A DNA stretch of 64,000 bases from Podarcis melisellensis (taxonomy: Eukaryota). The translations under genes and the position numbers were made by a program. Below, piece by piece: positions 51,698 to 63,206 of the stretch. The DNA lies in assembly GCA_964234715.1 (NCBI GenBank), contig OZ174282.1; one strand, given 5' to 3'. Below the pieces are notes generated by a model, which saw only the letters and a list, made by a program, of their open reading frames with translations, did no database searches and was not told where the DNA came from. How positions within the stretch are numbered: position 1 is the first letter of the stretch; every line of letters begins with the position of its first letter.

Positions 51698-52018
51698 TCC
51701 ATTTAAAGCACTATTACGCTACTTTAAACAGCCATGGCTTTCCCCCAAAGAATCATGGGAGGTGTCAGTTGTTAAGCATGCTGAGAGTTGTTAGGAGACC
51801 TCTGTTCCTCTCACAGAGCGACAATTCCCAACGAGGTTTAACAATCGATCCCTCTTTCTAGGGGGCTATGGGAATTATAGTTCTGTGTGGGGAACAGGGG
51901 TCTGCCAACAACTCCTAGCACCCCAACAAACTGCAGTTCTCAGGATTATTTGGGGGTTAAAAGTTAATGACTGTTAAAAGTGGCCTAAGAGTGCTTTAAA
52001 TGTATGGTGATGATGTGC
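51698..52018. mobile_element. Family A palindromic element
   Basis: Homologous to 35536-35867. Confidence 0.8.
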
Positions 52019-52067
52019 TCCAAGTCTCCAAAAAATCATCAAAAAATAGCTAACCTTTCCCAGCATC

Positions 52068-52093
52068 GTGTGTGTGTGTGTGTGTGTGTGTGT
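52068..52093. repeat. (GT)n microsatellite
   Basis: Directly visible. Confidence 0.9.
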
Positions 52094-52173
52094 GATGTTT
52101 AAAAAACAAAACAGAGCACATAAGATAGTGGTAGGGAGAAATCAGTACAGGCCACTAAAAATTAAAACATTCA

Positions 52174-52179
52174 TTTATT
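52174..52179 (-). terminator. Polyadenylation signal AATAAA
   Basis: Minus strand reads tacataaatattctAATAAAtgaatgttttaa, then a U/GU-rich tract (tgtgctctgttttgttttt). Confidence 0.6.
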
Positions 52180-55100
52180 AGAATATTTATGTAAAAAGAC
52201 TCTCTTTACACTTCTTTTTTTTTATACAATAGTTGTTTTTTCATTGCTTTATCAGCTCCCGCTGGAGAGAGAACATTTGTACATGAAAGCACATACAGGC
52301 TACTGCGGTCTACTGATCTCTGCTCAGCCTGAAGCAGAGAGCTATGGCAAGGCCCAGGTTAGGTCGAGAGTACACAGAGCCGTGTGGTGGGAGTGGGGGC
52401 GAGACGGATAAGCCCCCTTCTGCCGCTCTTCCCCCCTCTTACCTGTGCCGCTTGCAGCTCTTCCCCTCTTGTGTGTTTGTTGTGGGGGGAGCATGCTGGA
52501 GAAAGGAGAGGGTGTTGCTATTTGGGTGGGAGAAAAGATGGACAGGTTTGCACAGAGAGCTATTAACAGGCCTAGTCTAGCCGTCCCGGCTGGAGCCAGG
52601 AGGGACCAGACAGAGCGAGCGGCAAATCACAACACCATTTTTATTTTATTTTTGCGCAGGCAGACACTGTATGGCTAAAAAGGCACAGCACAGGGGGCAG
52701 AAAATTAAAATGCCCCCTTCAGGATGGGGTGGGATGGGGGTGAGGAACCAAGAACTACTGGAAGGGGGGGAACAGCAGGCACCAGCATGGCTCTGTAAAG
52801 GGCACACTTCTTGAAAGAAGCTTCAATAACAGAATTGCAATATCCAGAACTGGTGTCTAAAGTGCAGAAACTCATTCTACTCTCTACCTTAGTCTTATCA
52901 TCACCACCAACACACCCATCCTCAGAAAGGGGGGGGGGACAAAACACAATCAGCTCAGACTGGGCAGATATAGATCACTTCAGTGCAGGGCAGTAACCTA
53001 ACACACAGGATTGCCCCCACCCCCCAGCCATCCCACAAGCCCTGTGGGAGATGAAGACACAAATATCTGGAGAGTGCCAGGGTGGGAAAGGCTGCCCTCT
53101 CGTCCTCCAGATATTAGACTACAATTCCCATCATCCCAGGCATGTTGGCAGATGTTGTAGTCAAGCGACATTTGGAGGGTCATAGGGTCCCAAACCCCCT
53201 GGTATAGAGCGGAAAGCAACCTCACTGAGCAAGACAGTTCTATGCCCCTTTCTGAATTCCTTTCTTTTTCTTTGGGGGCAAGCAATGGGGAATCCCTGCA
53301 ATGCCTTCACAGGAAAGCCATCTTTGGCTAAGGGCCAACTCTACGAAGGGAGCAGACCGCTCTTTGATGAAGCTCGTCATTTGAGAATGCAGGGCAGGGG
53401 TGCAGCTGAAAGACTCCCATATACCCACCTATCTATAAATGCCCAGCATATTGGAAACAACCATGTCAGAGCAAAAATTATAACCCGCATTCAGATTCCC
53501 CCCCACCTTCACATGTGAGAACATTCAATCATGCCCCTTCCGCCACCTGCCGCTTTGAAGAGGCACCGTCTCAGCCATGTGATTTGCTTGCTCTGTAGGC
53601 AACACTTTGTCTTCGTGAACCCCCACCTGGGGGATGGAGGGGATTTCCTGGAACTTCCAGACACGAAAGCCTTGCTATTATTTGCAAGGTTGGATTTATT
53701 CCCGGTTGTAGAATAGTTGTGGCGCTCCACCATAATACATAATTTGGTTGTCAAGGATGGAGACGTGAGTTTTATAGGCTAGGATAATGAGGGGCTAGAT
53801 TTTTGGAAACCAGAAGTAAGGTAACTGAAAGAGGCACTGGGAGCAGCACTGGGGTAGCCAATGTGAGTGCCCTCCAAAATGGCAGACTCCAACTCCCATC
53901 AGCCCCAGCCAGCATGGCCAATGGTCAGGAGTGATAAAAGCTGTAGTCCAAAACATATGGAGGGCACCAAGTTGGGAACAACTGGCCTAGCACCATCTAT
54001 TGGAGGAGGATGCCCACTGCAGAGTGAAGGACAGAGGGAGAGCAGAGTCTAGCAGGCAGGTGAGGGAAAACAGAGCTGAGAGGAGCTCGTCAGAGGGCGA
54101 TGGGTCATAAACCAGTTAAAGGATGCCCCTGTTGAGATAGTTCTCTCTGGAAGGAGAAGCAGCTGGCTCCTCTGCAGCTGATATTGCTAAAAGGTAATGC
54201 CCAAACCCAGCTACCTATTAGAATTCATGCTGTCAAGTTTATAGGCAGAAAAAAAGGCTATTAAAGCTTTTCACAGAAGCAGCCTTTGCCAATCTGGTAT
54301 CTTCCAGATACTTTGGACTACAACTCCCATCTGCTCCAGCCTGCATTGGTTTGGCAGATGGGAAACTGCATACCCAAAGCATCTGCAAGGCACCAGGTTG
54401 GCAAAGGGCAAGTGGAACAGCCCTCTGCGCAGGCACCCTAAGTACCCTTTGTGGAATAATTTGACGCCTTTTAAAGAAACAGATACCCTGTGCCGTTGTT
54501 TTTTTAAGGTTAAAATAAACCAGCAATTATATATGTACAGCCATGTATTCGTCTTTGGTCAACAAAATGCTCTTTGTGTGTGTGTTTTTAAAAGGTAATT
54601 TGGATTATAAAATGAGAAAGTGGGTAACTCCAGGAAAAGAGGGGAAGGTATGCTGGAGAATTTTAGACAGGGGACGGCACGTGATCGGTCCCTGGTGTTG
54701 GAGCACACTTACCGCTCAGGTTCTAGGAGCAAACAGCTTAGTTACACTTAACAGACTTGTGAAACAAAAAGAAACCAGGTGACACTGAAATTTGGAACGT
54801 CCAAAAGGCTAGAATAATTTTCTTATGGCTTCATGGGATTTAAAAAGAAATCCACAAACTCTATATGATTGGAATGCTTTGTTAACCCAACCAACCACCT
54901 GGTGCAGAAAACTGGTGTCAGAAAAATGCCACACTCCTTCCAAGCCAGAAGTGCTCTAAAATAAAATTTAAAAAATCACGCCTGGTTTAAAGCACACCTG
55001 GCTCAGTGTTTTCTTTCAAGAGCCCTCTTTAGCGGAGAAGCTGCTGCCAACGCCATCTCTAGAAGACGACAAGCAAAATATACAGAAAAAATGAAGAAAA

Positions 55101-55617
55101 GTGCAGCTGGTGATTTAAAGCCATACTCAAATCCCACAGAGTTCCAGCTTCACCACTGGCCCACAGGAATGCCGGGGACTGGCCTGGGGTGACACAACAC
55201 GCCACCCCACCCCAGGCTGTGCTATACCTGATACAAGATGCACTTCCTTGTCTTCTCCAGTGTGTTTGGAAAGGAAAATCAGAGCAGCAACAAAGCAAGA
55301 AGGAGAAAAGAGAGGGCTCTCTAAAGTGCAAATGAACAAGAGGCTTTAGGTGCCTAAACGAAAGCAGTCTCTTGGCACTAAGGGGAAATGTAGCAGTGGG
55401 GCAAAGCATGCCACCCTACCCATCCCAGAGGAAGGGATGCTCCTCTTAATGCAGAAAAGGGGATGAGCAGGGCTCTGGCATTTTTCAGAACAAGGGATTT
55501 TGGTCACCCACTATGCCTGCCGCTTTCCTTAGCAAAATAGCCAAGCTGGCATAAGATGTGCATTCCATTTGGGTTATTATTTCTCACCTCCTAGTAAAGC
55601 TTCCAAAATGAAGAGCA

Positions 55618-55619
<2 letters not shown>

Positions 55620-55675
<56 letters not shown>
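55620..55675. repeat. (GA)n microsatellite, read as (CU)n in the SLC9A1 3' UTR
   Basis: Directly visible, ~85 nt after the stop codon. Confidence 0.95.
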
Positions 55676-55679
<4 letters not shown>

Positions 55680-55760
55680 AACTGAGAAAAGCCCAAGGTA
55701 TGTGTGTGTTTGCAGGAAGCTCCCCCTACTGGTCAGGTGTAGAAGTGCATGGGGAGGAGC

Positions 55761-56089
55761 TCACTGGCCTTTGGGGATGAAGGGTTCTCCCTCGTCAGGA
55801 TCGGGCCTAGGCCCAGGGTCACTCAAGCATCGCATTATCCGCTGGTTACTGGGGCTGTCACCAGTTCCAGGGGTGAAGACGTCATCTGTGCCTGGAGAGG
55901 AAGGTTCTTTGGCCCGCATTACTAGCCCCTGCTCATCCTCATCTTCCTCTGGGGATGGTGGGAGGCGGCTCATTCCCTTCAGCGTCTCGTTCACCAAGTC
56001 AACAGATTCTGGAGACTGCGGGGACGCAGGGTCGATGGTGATGATAGGGAGGTTCTCAGAGTCCGGCTTGGGGTCATAAGCTAGAGGGT
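55761..56089 (-). CDS. SLC9A1: NHE1 last coding exon (about exon 12), DPLAYDPK...[14 protein letters not shown]...RCLSDPGP...GEPFIPKGQ*
   Basis: ORF 55761..56138; acceptor ccctctccag; TGA at 55761-55763; characteristic NHE1 C-terminus. Confidence 0.97.
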
Positions 56090-58706
56090 CTGGAGAGGGA
56101 AAGGAAATATCATGTTGGAGGTCAACAGCAGGGATCATTCTGTTGTAACTTAAGGGTTAATTCTGTTGCCAGGAAGCCAGCTAACCAAGAGGGGCTGGAG
56201 CTGTTGCTTAGCATCCAATCAGAGTGGGATGGTCTTTGCTGAGGTAGCACTTATTGTGATTGGCTATGTAATTCTGGGGGAGTTTTCTCCCCTGTATATT
56301 TGATTGAATATCTAACCCTTCTATGTACCAGGAAAATTTGGAGGAACACTGAAAAAACTCCTATTCAATATTTTGTCCTTTGGGAAAAAAGACTTTTTAA
56401 TACAAGGTTTTACTCCCTTAAAATGTTTAGTATGAATATGTTCATGTCCCCTCAATCAACAGCATTAGAGAACAATAATTCATATGTACACTATAAACAT
56501 ATACAACACTCAAACCCTAGATAAATTTCTGCATCTAGGAGCACCTTCGTTGCTTGTGAATTGCTGCTTGGTTTCTTCCGGCGACCTGTTTTAAGCTTAG
56601 ATATACTAGAAGCAAGTATCCCAAATCTGCTGTCCTTTTGACTGGCACCTCCCTTGACCAGCACATTTTCATATCTCCCTTCAAATGACTGTGACATGTA
56701 TATTCAAAGTATGCACACTTTGGGGGCTGCAACCCTGTGTGTGGTTTCTTGAGATGAAAGCACCTCTAAAGAGTGCATCTTACTTTTGGGTTAACACATA
56801 AAGGATTGCTCTGTAAATTTAATAAATACACCAAATATTACATGCTAAGTTATAAATGCCACATCTCAGCCTGTTAAAGTAGGAAAATAATTGAGGTTTG
56901 ATAAGAAAGTATTGCATGTATTTAAATCCCCCCTCCAAAAAAAGTTTTCAGGTATTTCTTCACCGTCCCCACAAGACTACAAAATGTCCCTATATTTTAC
57001 ACTCTATTCCTAAACGAAGCCAGTTAAGAGCCAAGGCTGGAGCAGCGAGCAAGTCAATCAAGAGCTGCAACCGCCACTTTGTGGATGGGTAAAGCTGGAA
57101 CATAAGTAGAGTCCCGCTGGATGAGCCCCAAGGCCCACCTAGTCCACCATTTGGTACTTACAGTAGCCAACCAGATGTCTGTGGGAAGCCAAGAAGTAGG
57201 GCATGAGCACAGTAGCCCCCCTGGAGCATTTACATTCATTTTTTTGTGCAAACCTGGCAGTTGTCTGAAATGCAGACTGTTGAGTCTCTCAGGACACCGC
57301 CAGGGAGTTGCAGAACATGACTAATACAGGAGGACAAACAACTTCACAGTGTCCACGAAATGATGGGTGACAGGGGCAGAGAGGTAAGAATGGGGGTCCA
57401 ACCAAGTAGAGGAAACTGCTGGGTTTCATTCTTGGTTTCGGGGCGGGGGGGGGGGGAGACAGGCTTGTATAGATCACAGCAGGGATGGCTGGGTTTGGTT
57501 CCGTTACCTGCTGAGGAGGAGAAGCACCAGTCTTATTTATAGGCAGGGGTCTGATAAAGAAAGAAGAAAGGCACAAGAGAGGAGATCAATCCTTCGCAGA
57601 GATCCGTTAGGTACCTCTTGTGGAGACCTGGTGGGCAGGTTCTCCTTTGATCTGAGGGTCTAGCAGAAGGAGGCTGGGGATCAGGAGAAAACATTCACCC
57701 AGATCCAACTGGGGTTAGGGACCCTGAAGATTTTTTGCTTCACCCTCAAAGAGTCTGCTGGCTCTCTCTGCTCTCCATCACTCGGCACATCCCTTTCCCT
57801 GCTCCTCCTGCCTACTGGCAGCATGTGCCACTCTGCATCTTTTGGAAGATCTTCAGCTACCTTGGAGCCCTATGGCACAGGAACCTTAGAGGCTGCCTTA
57901 TACCATGTCGGAATATTGGTCTATTTCGCTCAATACTGCCTGCTCTGAAAGGCAGCAGCTCTTCGGGAGGAGTCTTTCCTAGCTCCACCTGGAGATGCCA
58001 GGGAATTTCTGGATCCCAAAGCAGTAGCGATGCCACTTGCGAGAGGCTATTGCTGCAGATCCACCCAAAGTGGGCAAGCAGCTGCTGGGACCGTGTCTGC
58101 CCTGCAAGCCTCTCACAAGGAAAGAATCCAATGCTCAGTGCAGAATTCCGCATTCCAAGATCCTCAGCTTTCTCTCCCTCTCTCTGCAAAATACAAATTG
58201 CTTTGTTCCCAAAGGTAGCAGCCTCCCTTTGCTCCAAAATGCATTTAGCCTGGGATGGGGAACCTGTGGCCTCCCACTGGTGTCAGGCTCCAACTTCCAC
58301 CAGCCTAAGCCAGCATGGCCAATGGTCTGGGATAATGGGATGTGTACTCTGACAACCTGTGAAGTTCCACAGGTTCTCCAACCCTGCATTAAACACACAC
58401 ACACACATACACCAGCGTTCCTTTGGTACCTCCTGCAGATGGGCCAGGACTATTGGAGTTGCACCATAAGAACAGTCATACTGGATCAGGCCACACGCCC
58501 TTCTAGTCCAGCATCTTGTTCTCACCGTGTGCTATGGATAGCCTGCAAGCAGGGCCATTAAAGCGAAACTTGTGGGGCATGAAGTTAGTGGGGTAACTAA
58601 ATGCTAACACAGCAGCAGTGCCTTGAAGCTTCCTTCCCAAATGGTCCACCATGCCCCGGTTGCAGATTTCTAATTTCCAGAAATTGCCACAGCCTCCACC
58701 CCTCAC

Positions 58707-58779
58707 CTGAGCCAATGCGCGCCCTTGACATGGTGGGTGAATCGATTTTGTGTGTCGGCACCGTCAGGTAGTTGTTTAT
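58707..58779 (-). CDS. SLC9A1: NHE1 coding exon (about exon 11), [24 protein letters not shown]
   Basis: Manual translation; acceptor gattccag, donor gtgagg; 73 bp, phase 0 to 1. Confidence 0.96.
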
Positions 58780-59073
58780 CTGGAATCAGAAACACAGCAG
58801 CCATTAATTAAAGGGCTCTTCACCTCAGAGACTCCAATGACGTCTCCCCTCTTATCTTCCTCTCTTCAAGATGAACTTAAGAAGAACCTGCTGGGTCAGA
58901 TCAGTGGCCGATCTAGTCCAGCATTCTGTTCTCACAGTGGCCAAACAGATGCCCCTGGAAAACCCTTGAGAACAGGATTTCCCCCCCCTCCTTTGGTTTC
59001 CAGCAACTGGTATCTGGAAGCCACTGAAGAGAAGCTCACGCTCTGAACCTCCACCCCAAACTCTCCACCATTA

Positions 59074-59199
<126 letters not shown>

Positions 59200-60808
59200 C
59201 TAGAACAGAACTCAAAAGAGGTTACATATACACACAGAGAGAGCCCCCCCCCCACCCTCCCGGCTGCCATTTGTGTGAAGACAGTGTGGTTTCTAGGGCA
59301 GATGTGTGGGGTGGGAAATACAACTAGTACCTGTAAAATGACAACAGTTATTCAAACAGAGGCTATCGACTTTAACCAGAGGTGCCCAAATTCCAGCAAG
59401 TTTTGAGCTAAGCCACTCTTCCTCTGGGATTATGAGAAACGAACTCTTTGACCATGACTTGCTCAGTAAACATGTGTCTGTCTCCCAATCGATTGCAATG
59501 GAAAACCCAGCTAGATTTCTGTTGCTGTAACATTAGTCTTTTCCATCCAAACAGTATAAAATCTGCAGATATTCAGCCAACATGCCTGAAGAATTTCAGG
59601 CAGGGGGTCAGACAAAAGGGTCCCAGCGTTATAGGCAACTGGGAAAAAGTGGACAAACATGATAGCCTAATGATTATCTTAACTAAAGAGAGTTTCCCCA
59701 CTGTACCAGTTTCACAGCTTTCTCTCCTTCCCCAATTTGTGACTTTTTCGCAAACTGTAGATAGAGCTCTAGCCCATCTCTTCAATGCAATACAATGCCA
59801 CCAACGCAAAGCAACTAAAAACGAATAAAACAGCTGAACAAATTTTTGTTTTGCTTTCATTCATTCAAACTACTAATTGTTTTTACTATACAGAGAAAAT
59901 AATCTTTTGTTTAGCCATTGTTGCTAATGCATAGGGGTTCACCAACTTTGATTTTGACAATTCCCCACTGTTTGAATCACTATTGTTTTGTTTGAATAGG
60001 ATCATCCCCTAGGTTTCAGATGCCGATGATCTGGGATCCTCTTTGCCCACAAAATCTGGGGGTGCTGTCATCTCACTTGCAAGAGTGAACATTTATCTTC
60101 TCTTGCAGCCCCAACATGCTGAAGAATCTGCAATGCCCCTCTTAGCAGACAGGTGGCAGCAGCTGTTCCTTCAGACTTCCCCCTTTCACAAATGCCTTGT
60201 CTACCATCATAAGGTTGGCCATAGGTGGGCACAGGAAGATGCAACAGGTGTGTCCCCAAAGAGGCCCCTCCTCACGGCTCATTTCTGCTAGGCCCCTGGA
60301 GGTGCACAGATCAGGAGCCCCATATGGCATCTGTTTCTGCTGTGCAAGCCTTTACCGCTCCCCCCAGTCGAGTGTCTCATTGCTCCAGGCACACATGCTC
60401 ATCTGCCTGATGACTACAGGTTCCATCCTCAGCTTGCAGTCCCATCACTGCCCATCTTTTAGCAGACTGGTCAATTTGCTGCCCCTACCTTTAAGCCAGA
60501 CAAAGGCCTTTCAGAGTGATGTTCATTTATTGCCTTGTTTATTACGTCAAACTGTTGAACCAAGCTGCAGATTTATCACATTCATCAATGTATCTGGCCA
60601 AGTAACAAAGCAATTTTTTGTTTGCTTCGCCAGTTTGCTTAGGTTGCCAGCTGGCTGTAAATGCGGGTCCGGCCTGTAAATATTTTTGATGGACTGCGAG
60701 AATCGGAGGGATGGTGAGTGGGGGCCCCTGGAAGAAGGTGCACTGGAAATAGCTCTGACCTACCACAGTTTTCCAGACCAAAGATGCTAACGGGGTCCTC
60801 TTTCTTAC

Positions 60809-60923
60809 CCTCTGTCTGGTTTTTTGCAAGTTGGTGCGCAAGATCTTTCGGATTTCCTCCTCTTTGTCCTTCGACAGAGCTGGCAGGATGCGTTCCACAG
60901 GCAAAGTTTTTGGATTGATATTT
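60809..60923 (-). CDS. SLC9A1: NHE1 coding exon (about exon 9), [38 protein letters not shown]
   Basis: ORF 60542..60904; acceptor tctttcag, donor gtaaga; 115 bp, phase 2 to 0. Confidence 0.97.
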
Positions 60924-61023
60924 CTGAAAGATTAAGAGAAGGTTAAAAAGCTTCAAAGGTTTGACCTACAAGAGAAAATCAAAATGCTCTATTACTAATC
61001 ACAATTTATTCATCACTATAAAG

Positions 61024-61158
61024 CAGGCATCCCCAACCTGCGGCCCTCCAGATGTTTTGGCCCACAACTCCCATGATCCCTGGCTAACAGGAACAGTGGT
61101 CAGGGATGATGGGAATTGTAGTCCAAAACATCTGGAGGGCCGAAGGTTGGGGTGCCTG
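61024..61158. mobile_element. Palindromic hAT MITE (intronic)
   Basis: Foldback structure; perfect TSD ctataaag. Confidence 0.92.
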
Positions 61159-61169
61159 CTATAAAGCTT

Positions 61170-61330
61170 ATAGAATTAGAGCACATGCTCTGCATGCAGG
61201 GGGTCCATGCAGAAGATAGGACTGGGAGAGAACCCTGCCTGAAACCCTGAAGAGCTGCTGCCAGTCAGTGTAGACAATATTGAGCAGGATGGGGCAATAG
61301 TCTGACTCAGTATAAGGCAGCTTCCAATGA
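61170..61330 (+). mobile_element. tRNA-derived squamate SINE remnant
   Basis: ccctgaagagctgctgccagtcagtgtagac...ctgactcagtataaggcagcttcc; also at 38520-38625 and 40740-40830. Confidence 0.65.
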
Positions 61331-61450
61331 GAAGGTGGGGAAAGTTTTGTTGTGCAAGCAGAAATCCTTATGCTAACAGAATTAGTGTATAGGCCAGTAA
61401 TACCAGGGTTTTTTTACAGCGGGATTTTTTAAAGGTTTAGCAAAGTAGCA

Positions 61451-61687
61451 TAGTCGTACCTCAGAAGTTGAACACCTTGCGAGTTTAATGTTTTGGCTCC
61501 TGAACGCCTCAAAACCGGAAGTGCAAACATTCTTTGGAACCCGAACATCCGATGCAGCTTCTGTGGCTTCCAATTGGCTGCAGGAGCTGCCTGCAGCCAA
61601 TCAGAAGCCTCACCTTGGTTTTTGAACATTTTGGATGTCAAACAGACTTCCAGAACAGATTCCATTTGACTTCCGAGGTACGACTGT
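61451..61687. mobile_element. Tigger-like MITE (intronic)
   Basis: agtcgtacctc...gaggtacgactg|TA. Confidence 0.8.
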
Positions 61688-61800
61688 ATATGTTAAGTGG
61701 TTTGAACACTCAAAAGCACTGTGTTTCCTCCAATCAGAGTAAGTCTTTCCCCCTTTAATGAATAAAACGGCCCCACCTCCCTTGCTCTCCATGATACTTA

Positions 61801-62013
<213 letters not shown>

Positions 62014-62359
62014 CTACAATAAGCATCGCCCACCCTGAAGATTTTGGACAGCAGCTCCTATCATTTCCTGGCAACTGGCCATGTTGATTGGGGGCGATGG
62101 GTGTTTGAGTCAAACAACATGGGGTGTGCGGTGTAGCGGCACAGGTTAGCCAGCCTGGGGTTTAGCTCATAAAAAATAGCACCATGTAACTTGCCCAGAG
62201 TCCTTGAGATTAACCCCCCTCCAAATGTTAATGTGGCATCTTAGAAAACCGAAACAAAAGAATTCCCAAACGTGATTATTACAAAAATCCAGTTACAATA
62301 GTAGACAATAATAATTGTAAGCAATTTATTATTTTCTCCCCTAGCTCAGTAGCACTTAC

Positions 62360-62430
62360 TTGTCCTTCCAGTGATGATGGCCATAGTGGCCACAAATGTC
62401 CTCAATCCCAGTCAAAAGATGATCCAAGAA
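62360..62430 (-). CDS. SLC9A1: NHE1 coding exon (equivalent to human exon 7), FLDHLLTGIEDICGHYGHHHWKDK, CHP-binding region
   Basis: Manual minus-strand translation matches recalled NHE1 sequence; acceptor ttcaaatag, donor gtaagt; 71 bp, phase 0 to 2; too short for the ORF track. Confidence 0.96.
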
Positions 62431-62986
62431 CTATTTGAAGGAGAGAGAAAAACAAAAAGTATAGATTTTGCCTCATCTACAGGGCACACCTGATCTCTGC
62501 AACAGAAGCACAACCTGGTGATGAAGTGATCTCTCCTTGCCAACCCCCCTCCACGCTCCATCCCTTTCATCTGCAGTATTTTGCACCCAGGACAAATGTG
62601 ACTGTAGCGGCAGCACAGACAGAGCTCATGGGTATTGTTTTAGCATGACATGGGCAGCGATGAGGGATGCAGCTCATTAAACGTTTTGGAGGAGAGGATA
62701 TCATGGTCTGCTCTCACCCCGTTCCAGTGCAGCTCTAGCATAGGATTTCTCTTTCACCGGCTGGTGAAGTTAAACAAACCCTGGAAAGGTGTATGTGCTT
62801 CCTTTCCTGTGCTGCAGCACACATTTAACTAGTTAAAAAGGTGGGGTGGATGCGAACTTCCCATCTGTATAATAAAGGCCAGATATTGCACTATAACTAT
62901 CGAAAAGGGAATTGCAGCAAGGCTAAAATACAGCTTACTGACTGTGCAGGAATGTTCTTTAGCAATTGAACTGGGGTGTGTGTGAG

Positions 62987-62987
62987 A

Positions 62988-63048
<61 letters not shown>
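62987..63048. repeat. (CA)n(GA)n compound microsatellite
   Basis: Directly visible. Confidence 0.95.
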
Positions 63049-63051
<3 letters not shown>

Positions 63052-63077
63052 CAATGCTACACAGCATGCCATTAGAG

Positions 63078-63206
63078 CAGGCATAGGCAAACTCGGCCCT
63101 CCAGATGTTTTGGGACTACAACTCCCATCATCCCTGGGCCTGTCAGCTAGGGATAATGGGAGTTGTAGTCCCAAAACATCTGGAGGGCTAAGTTTGCCTA
63201 TGCCTG
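63078..63206. mobile_element. Palindromic hAT MITE (intronic)
   Basis: caggcataggcaaact...agtttgcctatgcctg; perfect TSD cattagag. Confidence 0.93.

Larger units (their letters stand above)
52155..55760 (-). other. SLC9A1: Probable SLC9A1 3' UTR (~3.6 kb)
   Basis: Follows the stop codon; ends at AATAAA with upstream UGUA elements and downstream U/GU-rich sequence; exact end inferred. Confidence 0.6.

Noticed and set aside
1-52000. TENT5B or other neighbouring gene exons expected from human synteny
   Set aside because: No matching peptide found; probably outside the window.
55702-56079. 125-aa plus-strand ORF
   Set aside because: Antisense shadow of the SLC9A1 last exon.
56090-56138. N-terminal [16 protein letters not shown] of ORF 55761..56138
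   Set aside because: Intronic read-through upstream of the real acceptor, partly repeat-derived.
57735-58561. 205-aa and 174-aa plus-strand ORFs
   Set aside because: Intronic, non-ATG starts, run through a MITE and a (CA)n tract, no recognisable homology.
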